In this document: piece after piece, positions 8,916 through 16,884 of the stretch
Position numbering within the stretch: the first letter of the stretch is position 1
Layout of the letters: each line of letters starts with the position of its first letter
Origin: Alphaproteobacteria bacterium
GTDB taxonomy: Bacteria; Pseudomonadota; Alphaproteobacteria; Micropepsales; Micropepsaceae
Reading direction: 5' to 3'
NCBI GenBank assembly: GCA_018971835.1
Contig: JAGWZW010000006.1
Span: 7,749-71,748 of the forward strand
DNA: 64,000 nt
The notes under the pieces: generated by a model
What the model saw: the letters and a program-made list of their open reading frames with translations, nothing else
Database searches by the model: none
What the model was told of the DNA's origin: nothing
Translations under genes and position numbers: made by a program

Positions 8916-10091
8916 GTGACACTCGCCTTCACGCCAGACAGTTCCGACGGCATCGCCACCAAGAGCTTTCGCGGCCCCCTGGGCGGGACCGAACATTTCA
9001 TCGCGCTGACTGCCGACGGCGAGCGCGACCTGCCCGGCCAGATCGCCGAAATCGAGGAACGGTACGCAGCCGCCCTCGACGCCCTTGCCCTGCCGGAGGA
9101 GAGCGCGGTCTTCCGCCGCCTATTCATCAGCGATGCCATGAACCAGGCCGAGACGGTGCGGGCAAGCGAACTGGTGCAATCGGCGCCGGGAAACCCGGTT
9201 GCCATCTCGCTGATCCAGCAGCCGCCGCTGCCCGGCGCCAAGCTGGCGCTACTGGCCTATCACCTCTCCGGCAGCACCATCCGCAAGCGGCGCCTTTCCG
9301 AGCATGACGTGCTGGTCGAGAAGAACGGCAGCCGCCATCTGTGGACCACCGGGTTGTGCGCTGGGCAGACCATTTCGGGCGCCTCGCCCGAGGCCCAAAC
9401 CCGCAGCGTCTTTGGTGACCTGATCGGCGCACTCACCAAAGAAAGCGGCACCCTGGGCGACAATTGCGTGCGCACCTGGCTCTACCTCAAGGATGTCGAC
9501 GTCTTCTATCAGGGCATGGTCGACACTCGCGGCGCGATCTTCGCCGAAAACGGCCTCACGCCGGACACACACTACATCGCCAGTACCGGCATCGAGGGCG
9601 CCTGCGCCCACCGCTACGATCTGGTGGCGATGGACGCCTATTCCAACCTCGATCTCGATCCCCGGCAGGTTTCCTATCTCAACGATTTCTCGCGGCTGTG
9701 CGCGACGAAGGACTATAATGTCCACTTCGAGCGCGGCACCCGCATCGCCTATGCCGACCGTGCGCACCATTTCATCTCGGGCACGGCCAGTATCGACACC
9801 AGGGGCGACGTGGTCTTTCTCGGTGACGTGTTGCGCCAGACCGAATATGCGCTCGGCCATGTCGATGCGTTGCTGCGTTCCGGCGGCGCCAGGCTCGACG
9901 ACCTCGGCCACCTCATCGTCTATCTGCGCGATCCGACTGATTATGCCCGCGTCCGCGCGTTTCTGAGCGAGCGCCTGCCAGGCGTGCCGGCGGTGATTGT
10001 CCAGGGCGCGGTGTGCCGCCCGCAATGGCTGATCGAGATGGAAGGCATCGCCATCGCGCCGCACGATGCGCCGTCGTTACCGTCATTTTGA
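8916..10091 (+). CDS. Rid/YjgF-fold protein, possible FkbO/Hyg5/XanB2-type chorismatase
   Basis: 391 aa. C-terminal RidA-like block (HFISGTASIDTRGDVVFLGDVLRQTEYALGHVDALL ... WLIEMEGIAI) behind a long N-terminal extension, the layout I associate with chorismatases. GTG start. Function not verified. Confidence 0.5.
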   Translation: MTLAFTPDSSDGIATKSFRGPLGGTEHFIALTADGERDLPGQIAEIEERYAAALDALALPEESAVFRRLFISDAMNQAETVRASELVQSAPGNPVAISLIQQPPLPGAKLALLAYHLSGSTIRKRRLSEHDVLVEKNGSRHLWTTGLCAGQTISGASPEAQTRSVFGDLIGALTKESGTLGDNCVRTWLYLKDVDVFYQGMVDTRGAIFAENGLTPDTHYIASTGIEGACAHRYDLVAMDAYSNLDLDPRQVSYLNDFSRLCATKDYNVHFERGTRIAYADRAHHFISGTASIDTRGDVVFLGDVLRQTEYALGHVDALLRSGGARLDDLGHLIVYLRDPTDYARVRAFLSERLPGVPAVIVQGAVCRPQWLIEMEGIAIAPHDAPSLPSF

Positions 10092-10119
10092 GTAACTTGG
10101 CTTCGGGGAGGAGATCATC

Positions 10120-10791
10120 ATGACTGCCGAAGAGCCGGATTTCGCCATGCTCAACGAGGCGGAGATTTCCGTCGCCAAGCTGCATACCGACCCTTACGAC
10201 TATGCCTATGTCGAGCAGGCGATCCGGCCGGAATTCCGCGAGGCGGTTCTGGCAGATGCGCCGGTGATCCCCGATCGCGGCAGTTATGGCCTGCCCAGCC
10301 TCAATTATGGCCCAGCCTTCGGAACCGTCATCAAGGATCTCACCAGCCAGCGCTTCAAGCGCCTGATCGAAGAGAAATTCGACATGGACCTCAGCAAGAA
10401 CCCCACGGTTCTGCTGATGATGGGCAACACCACCGGCCATTACAACGAAGGCTTCGCCCATCCCGATTCCCGGCACAAGATCGTCACTGTGATCGTGGGC
10501 TTCAGCCGCGAATGGCCTTATGAGAAGGGCCGCCTGCGCGTTCTGAGAAGTTCGGACCGCGAAGACTACGCCTTCGAATTTACGCCCGAATACGGCCACA
10601 TGCTGATGTTCCGCGTGAGCGAAAAGTCCTGGCACGGCTTCCTGCCGCAGAAGGGTCCGCGCATGAGCCTGCAACTCTGCTATGTGGATTCGGAGGCCTA
10701 TGTGCGCAGCGAATATGCGCGCCACGGTCTCAGCGCTTTCGCCAAATCGGTGCCGATGCTGCGCAAGATCATCGAATGGGCGCCGCGCTGA
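10120..10791 (+). CDS. 2OG-Fe(II) oxygenase family protein (prolyl-4-hydroxylase-like)
   Basis: HxD...H...R facial-triad pattern (FAHPDSRHK ... GHMLMFRVSEKSWHGFLPQKGPRMSLQL). GGAGGAG Shine-Dalgarno. Confidence 0.7.
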   Translation: MTAEEPDFAMLNEAEISVAKLHTDPYDYAYVEQAIRPEFREAVLADAPVIPDRGSYGLPSLNYGPAFGTVIKDLTSQRFKRLIEEKFDMDLSKNPTVLLMMGNTTGHYNEGFAHPDSRHKIVTVIVGFSREWPYEKGRLRVLRSSDREDYAFEFTPEYGHMLMFRVSEKSWHGFLPQKGPRMSLQLCYVDSEAYVRSEYARHGLSAFAKSVPMLRKIIEWAPR

Positions 10792-10815
10792 ACGGGCGCC
10801 AGGGAACCTGACCGC

Positions 10816-11496
10816 ATGAGCTTTCCGCCCCTGCCGAGCGTCGAGGAAATGGCCGGCCACTTCGAGCGCGCGCTGCGTGCCGCGCGCATCGCCGAAACAC
10901 CCTATCGCCGCTGGAACATGACGAACGTCTTTCCGGAGAGCATGTGCACGGGCATCCTTACCCTGCCCATCGCCCCGCCGCTGATCGACGATTGCCATGG
11001 CGTGCGCGACCGCCACAATGACAAGCGCAGCTTCTTCACGCCGGAGCTGCAGAAGGATTTCCCCACTTGTGCGGTGTTCGCCGAGGCCATGCAGCGGCCG
11101 GCAGTGGCGCGTGCCTTCAAGGAGGTTTGCAACGTTCCGGCCGAAGGCTCCTATCTGCGCATCGAATATATCCAGGATACTGACGGCGCCTGGCTCGAGC
11201 CCCATCGCGACATCAAGGAGAAGCTGTTCTCGATGGTGGTCTATCTGTGCACCGGCCCGCATGCCAAGGAATGGGGCACCGATATCTACGACGATGACAA
11301 GAAATGGGTCGGCCGTTCCTCCGCGGAGTTCAACTCGGCCGTGATCTTCATCGCCGGGCCCAACACCTGGCACGGTTTCGACAAGCGCCCGATCGTCGGG
11401 GTGCGCCGGCTAATGGAAATCAATTACGTTCATCCGAGCTGGCGCGACCGCAGCCAGCTCTCCTTCCCCGATCGTCCGATTACGGTCGCGCCGTGA
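10816..11496 (+). CDS. 2OG-Fe(II) oxygenase family protein, divergent paralogue of the preceding gene
   Basis: Same pattern (LEPHRDIKEK ... SAVIFIAGPNTWHGFDKRPIVGVRRLMEINY). Confidence 0.7.
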   Translation: MSFPPLPSVEEMAGHFERALRAARIAETPYRRWNMTNVFPESMCTGILTLPIAPPLIDDCHGVRDRHNDKRSFFTPELQKDFPTCAVFAEAMQRPAVARAFKEVCNVPAEGSYLRIEYIQDTDGAWLEPHRDIKEKLFSMVVYLCTGPHAKEWGTDIYDDDKKWVGRSSAEFNSAVIFIAGPNTWHGFDKRPIVGVRRLMEINYVHPSWRDRSQLSFPDRPITVAP

Positions 11497-11519
11497 GGGC
11501 CGACCCGCATCGTCGGAGC

Positions 11520-12179
11520 ATGGATGCGCCGCTCTCGCCGGTTCTGCTGCTGGGGCTCGCGTTGGAAAAGCTGCCGGTGCGGCTGATGCAGCCGGTGCTG
11601 GATGGGCTGCTGCGCATCGTCGTCCGCCGCCATCCCGATTGCCTGGAGCGCATGGCTGAGTGGGGCCAGGCGCGCGTACTCGTCGATCCGATCGACCTGC
11701 CCTTCGTCATCCTGCTGCATCCCGATCCCGCGCGGCCCAGCCTTACCGCATTGCGCCGCAGCCAATCCATCGAGGCGGATGCGGTGATCCGCGGCCCGCT
11801 CGAAATGCTGATCGAGCTGGCCGAGGGCCGAGTGGACGGCGATACCTTATTCTTCTCGCGCGAGCTGATCGTGGAAGGCGATACCGAGGTGGTGGTCGCA
11901 CTGCGCAACGCGGTGGACGGCGCCGGGATCGACATGATAGGCGACATCGCCGCCGCGCTCGGTCCCTTCGGCCGGCCCTTCCGCCGCGTCGCCGGAACCG
12001 GCACCCGGCTGCTTTCGCGCGTGCATGCCGACATGTCCAGGCTCGCTGCCGCGGTGATCGCGCCCGCGCTGCGCACCAGCGACGCGCAGGCCTTCCGCAT
12101 CGCCGAACTCGAAGAAGAAATCAAGGCGCTGCGCAAAGAACGCCCGCGCGCGCGCAGAAACGCCAGAGGCGCGTCATGA
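11520..12179 (+). CDS. ubiT: SCP2 sterol-binding domain protein, ubiquinone anaerobic biosynthesis accessory factor UbiT
   Basis: SCP2-like core (IRGPLEMLIELAEGRVDGDTLFFSRELIVEGDTEVVVALRNAVD). ATGA-coupled to the ubiU-ubiV pair. ATG 11520 with GGAG upstream; the track start at 11304 overlaps the previous gene. Confidence 0.8.
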   Translation: MDAPLSPVLLLGLALEKLPVRLMQPVLDGLLRIVVRRHPDCLERMAEWGQARVLVDPIDLPFVILLHPDPARPSLTALRRSQSIEADAVIRGPLEMLIELAEGRVDGDTLFFSRELIVEGDTEVVVALRNAVDGAGIDMIGDIAAALGPFGRPFRRVAGTGTRLLSRVHADMSRLAAAVIAPALRTSDAQAFRIAELEEEIKALRKERPRARRNARGAS

Positions 12180-13165
12180 TCCGGCCCGAACTCATCTGCC
12201 CAGCCGGCACGCCGGCCGCACTCAGAAGTGCCGTGGAAGCGGGCGCCGACGCGGTCTATCTCGGCTTCCGCGACGAAACCAACGCGCGCAATTTTCCCGG
12301 CCTCAATTTCAGCCGCAAGGAACTGGAAGAGGGTATCGGCTTCGCCCATGACAAGGGCGCCAAGATCCTGGTGGCCATCAACACCTTTCCCAAATCCGGC
12401 GAACCGGAGATCTGGCACAGCGCGGTGGACGACGCCGCCAGGCTCGGCGCCGACGCGGTGATCCTGGCCGATATCGGCCTGCTCGATTACGCGAAGCGCA
12501 GCCATCCCGGGTTGCGGCTTCATCTTTCGGTGCAGGCTGCGGCGCCCAATCCCATTGCCATAGGCTATTACGCCGAACGTTTCGGCATCCGGCGCGTGGT
12601 GTTGCCGCGCGTGCTGACTGTTCCTGAGATCGCCGATCTCAACGAAGCCATCGCCCCGATCGAGACGGAGGTCTTCGTCTTCGGCGGGCTCTGCGTGATG
12701 ACGGAGGGGCGCTGCGCGCTCTCCTCCTACGCCACTGGCCGTTCGCCCAACATGAACGGCGTCTGCTCACCGGCCTCGCATGTGCGCTATATCGAGAGCG
12801 CGCGCGGCGTCTCCAGTAAACTGGGGGATTTCACCATCAACGAATTCGGCCGTAACGAACCGGCTGGCTATCCCACACTATGCAAGGGCCGCTTCGTCGC
12901 CAAAGGCAAGGCGAGCTACCTGTTCGAGGAGCCGACTTCGCTCAACACCCTTTCCATCCTGCCCGAATTGATGAAGGCCGGCGTTACCGCCTTCAAGATC
13001 GAGGGCCGCCAGCGCGGCCGCGCCTACGTTGCCGCCGTGGTGCAGGCGTTTCGCGAAGGCGTCGATGCGGTCATGGCCGGCAAGCCCCTGCCCGACATCG
13101 ACCTGGCGCATATCACCGAAGGCGGGCGGCAGACCACCGGCGCCTATGAAAAGAGCTGGCGATGA
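12176..13165 (+). CDS. ubiU: Peptidase U32-family ubiquinone hydroxylase subunit UbiU
   Basis: U32 N-terminal block (ELICPAGTPAALRSAVEAGADAVYLG). Four Cys spaced 7/17/39 residues apart (GGLCVMTEGRC...GVC...TLCKG), as I recall for E. coli UbiU C169/C176/C193/C232. Confidence 0.85.
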   Translation: MIRPELICPAGTPAALRSAVEAGADAVYLGFRDETNARNFPGLNFSRKELEEGIGFAHDKGAKILVAINTFPKSGEPEIWHSAVDDAARLGADAVILADIGLLDYAKRSHPGLRLHLSVQAAAPNPIAIGYYAERFGIRRVVLPRVLTVPEIADLNEAIAPIETEVFVFGGLCVMTEGRCALSSYATGRSPNMNGVCSPASHVRYIESARGVSSKLGDFTINEFGRNEPAGYPTLCKGRFVAKGKASYLFEEPTSLNTLSILPELMKAGVTAFKIEGRQRGRAYVAAVVQAFREGVDAVMAGKPLPDIDLAHITEGGRQTTGAYEKSWR

Positions 13166-14067
13166 GCGGAGCGAGCGCAAAACTCACCCTCGGCCCCGTG
13201 CTGTTCCACTGGCAGCCGGAGGACTGGCGCGACTTCTACTTCCGCATCGCCGACGAAGCGGATGTCGATACCGTGCATGTCGGCGAGGTGGTGTGCTCCA
13301 AACGCACGCCGTTCTACGACAAGCTGATCCCCGAGGTGATGGAGCGGCTGGCAGCGGGCGGCAAGGAAGTCGTGCTGTCGTCGCTTGCGCTCATCATGAG
13401 CGAGCGCGAACAGGAGATGGCGCGCGGGCTTGCGGTCGCCGAGCGCGCGCTGATCGAGGCCAACGACATGACGCTGGCGGCGCTGCTGGCCGGGCGGAAC
13501 TTCGTCGTCGGGCCGTTCGTCAATATCTACAACGAGGGCACGCTCGGCGTGCTGGAAGGCATGGGCGCGGTGCGCCTCTGCCTGCCGCCGGAACTTCCCG
13601 CAGAAAGGCTGACTGCGCTGGCGGCGTGCGCCAAGTCGGAGCTGGAAGTTCTGGCCTTCGGGCGGCTGCCGCTGGCCATTTCCGCGCGCTGTTATGCGGC
13701 ACGCGCGCACAACCTTTCCAAGGACGGCTGCCTCTATGTTTGCGGCGAGCACCCTGACGGCATGGCGGTGGACACACTGGACGATGTGCCTTTTCTCGCC
13801 GTCAACGGCACGCAGACGCTGTCCTATCGGATGATCGATCTTTCGGCCGAGTTGCTACAGCTGCGCCAGATCGGCATTCGGCGGTTCCGTCTTTCGCCGC
13901 AGAAGGTTGACATGGTCGCGGTGGCGGAGACGTTTCGGGCGACGCTGAACGGGGCGATCGACGCCGAAGAAGCCTGCAGCCGGCTGGAAAACATCTGCCC
14001 CGATGCGGAGTTCGCCAACGGCTATTTTCACGGTCAGCCTGGTCACGCCTTGGTCGAAGCCGATTGA
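13162..14067 (+). CDS. ubiV: Peptidase U32-family ubiquinone hydroxylase subunit UbiV
   Basis: U32 family. One N-terminal Cys plus a C-x13-C-x4-C cluster (ARCYAARAHNLSKDGCLYVCG), matching my memory of UbiV C39/C180/C193/C197. ATGA overlap with ubiU. Confidence 0.85.
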   Translation: MSGASAKLTLGPVLFHWQPEDWRDFYFRIADEADVDTVHVGEVVCSKRTPFYDKLIPEVMERLAAGGKEVVLSSLALIMSEREQEMARGLAVAERALIEANDMTLAALLAGRNFVVGPFVNIYNEGTLGVLEGMGAVRLCLPPELPAERLTALAACAKSELEVLAFGRLPLAISARCYAARAHNLSKDGCLYVCGEHPDGMAVDTLDDVPFLAVNGTQTLSYRMIDLSAELLQLRQIGIRRFRLSPQKVDMVAVAETFRATLNGAIDAEEACSRLENICPDAEFANGYFHGQPGHALVEAD

Positions 14068-14074
14068 GAGAACG

Positions 14075-15355
14075 TCAACGCGGCAGTGCCAGCGGAAAGT
14101 TCGGTATCTTTTCCAGCCCGGTGAACCGCACCGTCGACAGATAGGTGCCGGTGCCCAGGCGGACATTGCAGCGGCGCGCGATCTGAACGGCCTCGGCGCT
14201 GTCGAGGTGGCTCAAATGCAGCAGCAGCTTCTGCCTGGCGCACAAGGCAACCGTGTCCTTTATGAATTTCACGGCCGTCTCCCGGTCTTCACTGTTGGGA
14301 TAGGGGCTGCCAAGTGCCATTGCGCTCAGACGGAATTCGAATTTCGGAATGGCGCGGAGAGATTGAAATTCCAGTGCGACGTGGATGTTGGGCAGCTTGA
14401 GCATTGCCGCCAATTCACCCAAGCGCGCCGCCGGCGTTCCCGGCGGTATCTTTTCGATTTTCAGGATCAACGGTGTTGAAGGCTGCAGACGCAACTTCTG
14501 CAAGGCGGTGATATACCGGATCCGCGATTGGAAGACTGTCAGCGTTTCATAGCTGACGCCAACGCCGAGAGCGCAAACCTGTTCGACAGCGGAAATGCGC
14601 CCCGCGTAGGCTGATACGGCATCCAATAGCGCAAATTCGATACTTGCGGCTATTTTCGGGTCCGCTTCGTCGAACATGAGCCCGCCGAGCGACGCCAGCT
14701 TGTCCGGCCCGCTGCGCACCGCCGAAAGAAACAGCGAACTGGACAAGCCGCGCTGCAGGCTCCAGACCGGAAAAAACGATGCTTTCAGGCTGAAGTCCGA
14801 AAGCATGGTGTGAATATCGGCGAGCCGGTCGAGTTCCGGCGCCGGCGGCTTCAGCACCGTTTCGGAAATCGCCGCCACGGGCATGGGTGGCGTGCATTGC
14901 GTACTTTGCGCGAAGACAATTTCCGTACCCTCGCGCTCCAGCATGGCTTCGATCAGTTTACTGATGCGCGGCAGGTCGCTGCCAGACGGAACCACGACGG
15001 TGGACACCACGTTACGGACAGAGACTTCCTCGACCTGATCACCAAACAGCGCCTGGCAGACCTCTCGCGCAATGGCCGCGCAAACCTGGGTGGCCTCGGC
15101 CACAGTCAGGCTGCGAAAGATCGCGATATAGGACAGCTCGTCAAGTTTCGCGAAGTAGTCGCCCGGCCCCTGTGCGCGCGCGATAGCGGTTTCGAACAGC
15201 TTGTGAACCAGTTCAGAAAGCCGTGGCCATTTGGTGTCGAGCCGGGTCTTGAGCGGTGCCAGCGCCAGCACATGCAGCTTTGCCGCGGGAACCTTGGCCT
15301 GCGTGCTATTGGCGGCCCCTGCGGCCGACCGCGCAATATCTGCAACGTCTGTCAC
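14075..15355 (-). CDS. Hypothetical protein with degenerate GGDEF-like and EAL-like halves
   Basis: By-eye alignment. N-terminal half follows the GGDEF-domain topology, but the GG[DE]EF site reads KLDELSY. C-terminal half follows the EAL-domain topology (FFPVWSLQRG ... LILKIEKIP ... HVALEFQSL ... LLHLSHLD) with catalytic residues replaced. GTG start. Confidence 0.45.
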   Translation of the reverse strand: MTDVADIARSAAGAANSTQAKVPAAKLHVLALAPLKTRLDTKWPRLSELVHKLFETAIARAQGPGDYFAKLDELSYIAIFRSLTVAEATQVCAAIAREVCQALFGDQVEEVSVRNVVSTVVVPSGSDLPRISKLIEAMLEREGTEIVFAQSTQCTPPMPVAAISETVLKPPAPELDRLADIHTMLSDFSLKASFFPVWSLQRGLSSSLFLSAVRSGPDKLASLGGLMFDEADPKIAASIEFALLDAVSAYAGRISAVEQVCALGVGVSYETLTVFQSRIRYITALQKLRLQPSTPLILKIEKIPPGTPAARLGELAAMLKLPNIHVALEFQSLRAIPKFEFRLSAMALGSPYPNSEDRETAVKFIKDTVALCARQKLLLHLSHLDSAEAVQIARRCNVRLGTGTYLSTVRFTGLEKIPNFPLALPR

Positions 15356-15460
15356 GCTACACCGCGAAAGTTCCTGACTTCAGATCATCTCAACTCAGAG
15401 TAACGCGCACGCCCTAACGGCGGGTTGCGCCGGGTGGTTAATCGTTCGTCAACGCACGCC

Positions 15461-15505
15461 AAAAAAATACCGGCGGAGGCCGTATTTGGTCCCCGCCGGC
15501 GGTAT
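15461..15505 (-). terminator. Rho-independent terminator after the 153-aa secreted-protein gene
   Basis: On the minus strand: GC-rich imperfect hairpin (ATACCGCCGGCGG ... CCGCCGGTA) followed by a T7 run, about 40 nt after the stop at 15546. Confidence 0.6.
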
Positions 15506-15545
15506 CTGCCGGCTGTCGCAGCGGCGACAGCTTCGTACGCGGCAT

Positions 15546-16007
15546 TCAATGTTTGTCGCAGTGATCCTTCCAGACCGAAACCCGGTAGATACAATCGTGC
15601 CTCGGGGTGATGAAGCTGTAAATTGCCAAGCCACGAATGACGATACCGGCGTCGCCCTGGAGCCCCGAAAGATTGGGATCGGAGACACTGAGCTGCCCCT
15701 TGTCGGGCGTCGCGCCGGCGGGCCCCGTAACATCGAACCAGACGCGCTTGCCCAGATCCTGCAGCACGCTCCTGGCTTCGCCGCGGTCGGAGCAGCCGAT
15801 GTCTATCCAGCCCATGACCGGATCGTTCGGCAACGACTGGCCCTTGAATTCCCAGAGTTCCTGCTGCACGAGCCCATCGCCGGCATTGCTGATCCTGGCT
15901 TCGGTGACCTTGCAGATTCCGCCCGTCACTTCGCCGGCGTTCGCAAGGCTTGCTGTACCGATCAGCGCTACAGCGCCGATCACGGCGGTGAGAAGAGTTT
16001 TCTTCAT
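15546..16007 (-). CDS. Small secreted hypothetical protein
   Basis: Signal peptide MKKTLLTAVIGAVALIGTASLANA. Four Cys. Good Shine-Dalgarno (AGGAGAA). No family recognised. Confidence 0.6.
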   Translation of the reverse strand: MKKTLLTAVIGAVALIGTASLANAGEVTGGICKVTEARISNAGDGLVQQELWEFKGQSLPNDPVMGWIDIGCSDRGEARSVLQDLGKRVWFDVTGPAGATPDKGQLSVSDPNLSGLQGDAGIVIRGLAIYSFITPRHDCIYRVSVWKDHCDKH

Positions 16008-16178
16008 CGCATTCTCCTGTCAGATGGATTGATGCGATGATACCATGCCGGTTGTGTGGTTGTTGCGATCTAGACTGTGACCGATGCGCGCTGCGAAACG
16101 ATGACGCGCATCGTGTGCAGTTCTGTAGATTAAACTTAGAACGACTCGAAAAGTTCATCCGCCGATCTTGGAAGCGTT

Positions 16179-16205
16179 GCGCGGCCGGAGATGATCCGGC
16201 CGCGC
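16179..16205 (-). terminator. Perfect 11-bp GC hairpin downstream of the c4 cytochrome gene
   Basis: GCGCGGCCGGA-GATGA-TCCGGCCGCGC, 8 nt after the stop at 16213. No strong U-tract on the minus strand, so terminator function is tentative. Confidence 0.45.
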
Positions 16206-16212
16206 CGCGCGA

Positions 16213-16866
16213 TTATTTGCTGGCCGGTTTTGTCGCCTCCTCAGCGGAGCTGGGCGAAGCCAGCGACGCCAGATAGCTCGACACGTCACGAATCTGCTCG
16301 TCCGTCATCTGGGCAACGTTGGCAGACATGATCTCGTTGTAGCGCTGCTTGGTGCGGAAGGCCAAAAGCTGCGCCGCCAGATATTCGCGATGCTGGCCCG
16401 CCAGACGCGGGATCGTCGCGCTGCCGGCTGCCGTATCGCCGTGGCAGGCGTTGCAGGCCGGCACGTTGTCGGCAGCCACGCCATTCTCGAAGATGGCCTT
16501 GCCGGCAGCCACTTCCTCCGGGCTCAGCCCGGAGGTGCGCGGTGGCGGCGGCAAAGCCGCGAAGTAGGTGGCGATTGCATCGATCGTATCGTCGGTCAGG
16601 TCGCCCGCCATGCCCCACATATAGGCCTGAGCATGGGCATCGCTGCGTTTGTGGTCCCGGAATGCCTTGAGCTGCGTAACAAGGTAGTCCTTGTTCTGGG
16701 CTGCCAGATCCGGGAAGAGCGGCGCGATGGAAAGGCCGCGGTCGCCGTGGCATTGGCTGCACGTGCTGGCGACAAGTGCGGGCTCCATCGGCACGGACGG
16801 TTGGGCTGACGCGCTCACAGCGAACAGGACTGCGCCCGCGGCAGCAAGGATTGCTATGGATTTCAT
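16213..16866 (-). CDS. Periplasmic dihaem cytochrome c, c4 family (Cyc1-like)
   Basis: Signal peptide plus two CxxCH motifs (CSQCHG, CNACHG) in two repeated cytochrome c domains. Starts 18 nt after the upstream cytochrome-porin gene, with a GAGGGGAAAG Shine-Dalgarno. Confidence 0.85.
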   Translation of the reverse strand: MKSIAILAAAGAVLFAVSASAQPSVPMEPALVASTCSQCHGDRGLSIAPLFPDLAAQNKDYLVTQLKAFRDHKRSDAHAQAYMWGMAGDLTDDTIDAIATYFAALPPPPRTSGLSPEEVAAGKAIFENGVAADNVPACNACHGDTAAGSATIPRLAGQHREYLAAQLLAFRTKQRYNEIMSANVAQMTDEQIRDVSSYLASLASPSSAEEATKPASK

Positions 16867-16884
16867 TTTCTTTCCCCTCGCTCT

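Noticed and set aside
10630-10645. TGGCACG-N4-CCTGC, and a second TGGCAC at 11368-11373, resembling sigma-54 -24 elements
   Set aside because: Both lie inside the coding regions of the two oxygenase paralogues and simply encode the conserved WHGF motif. The -12 part is off consensus.
9913-12523. 486-aa and 347-aa minus-strand ORFs antisense to the oxygenase and ubiT-ubiU genes
   Set aside because: They have no recognisable motifs and an Arg/His/Gly-rich composition. The sense-strand genes have family signatures, Shine-Dalgarno sites and coupled starts.
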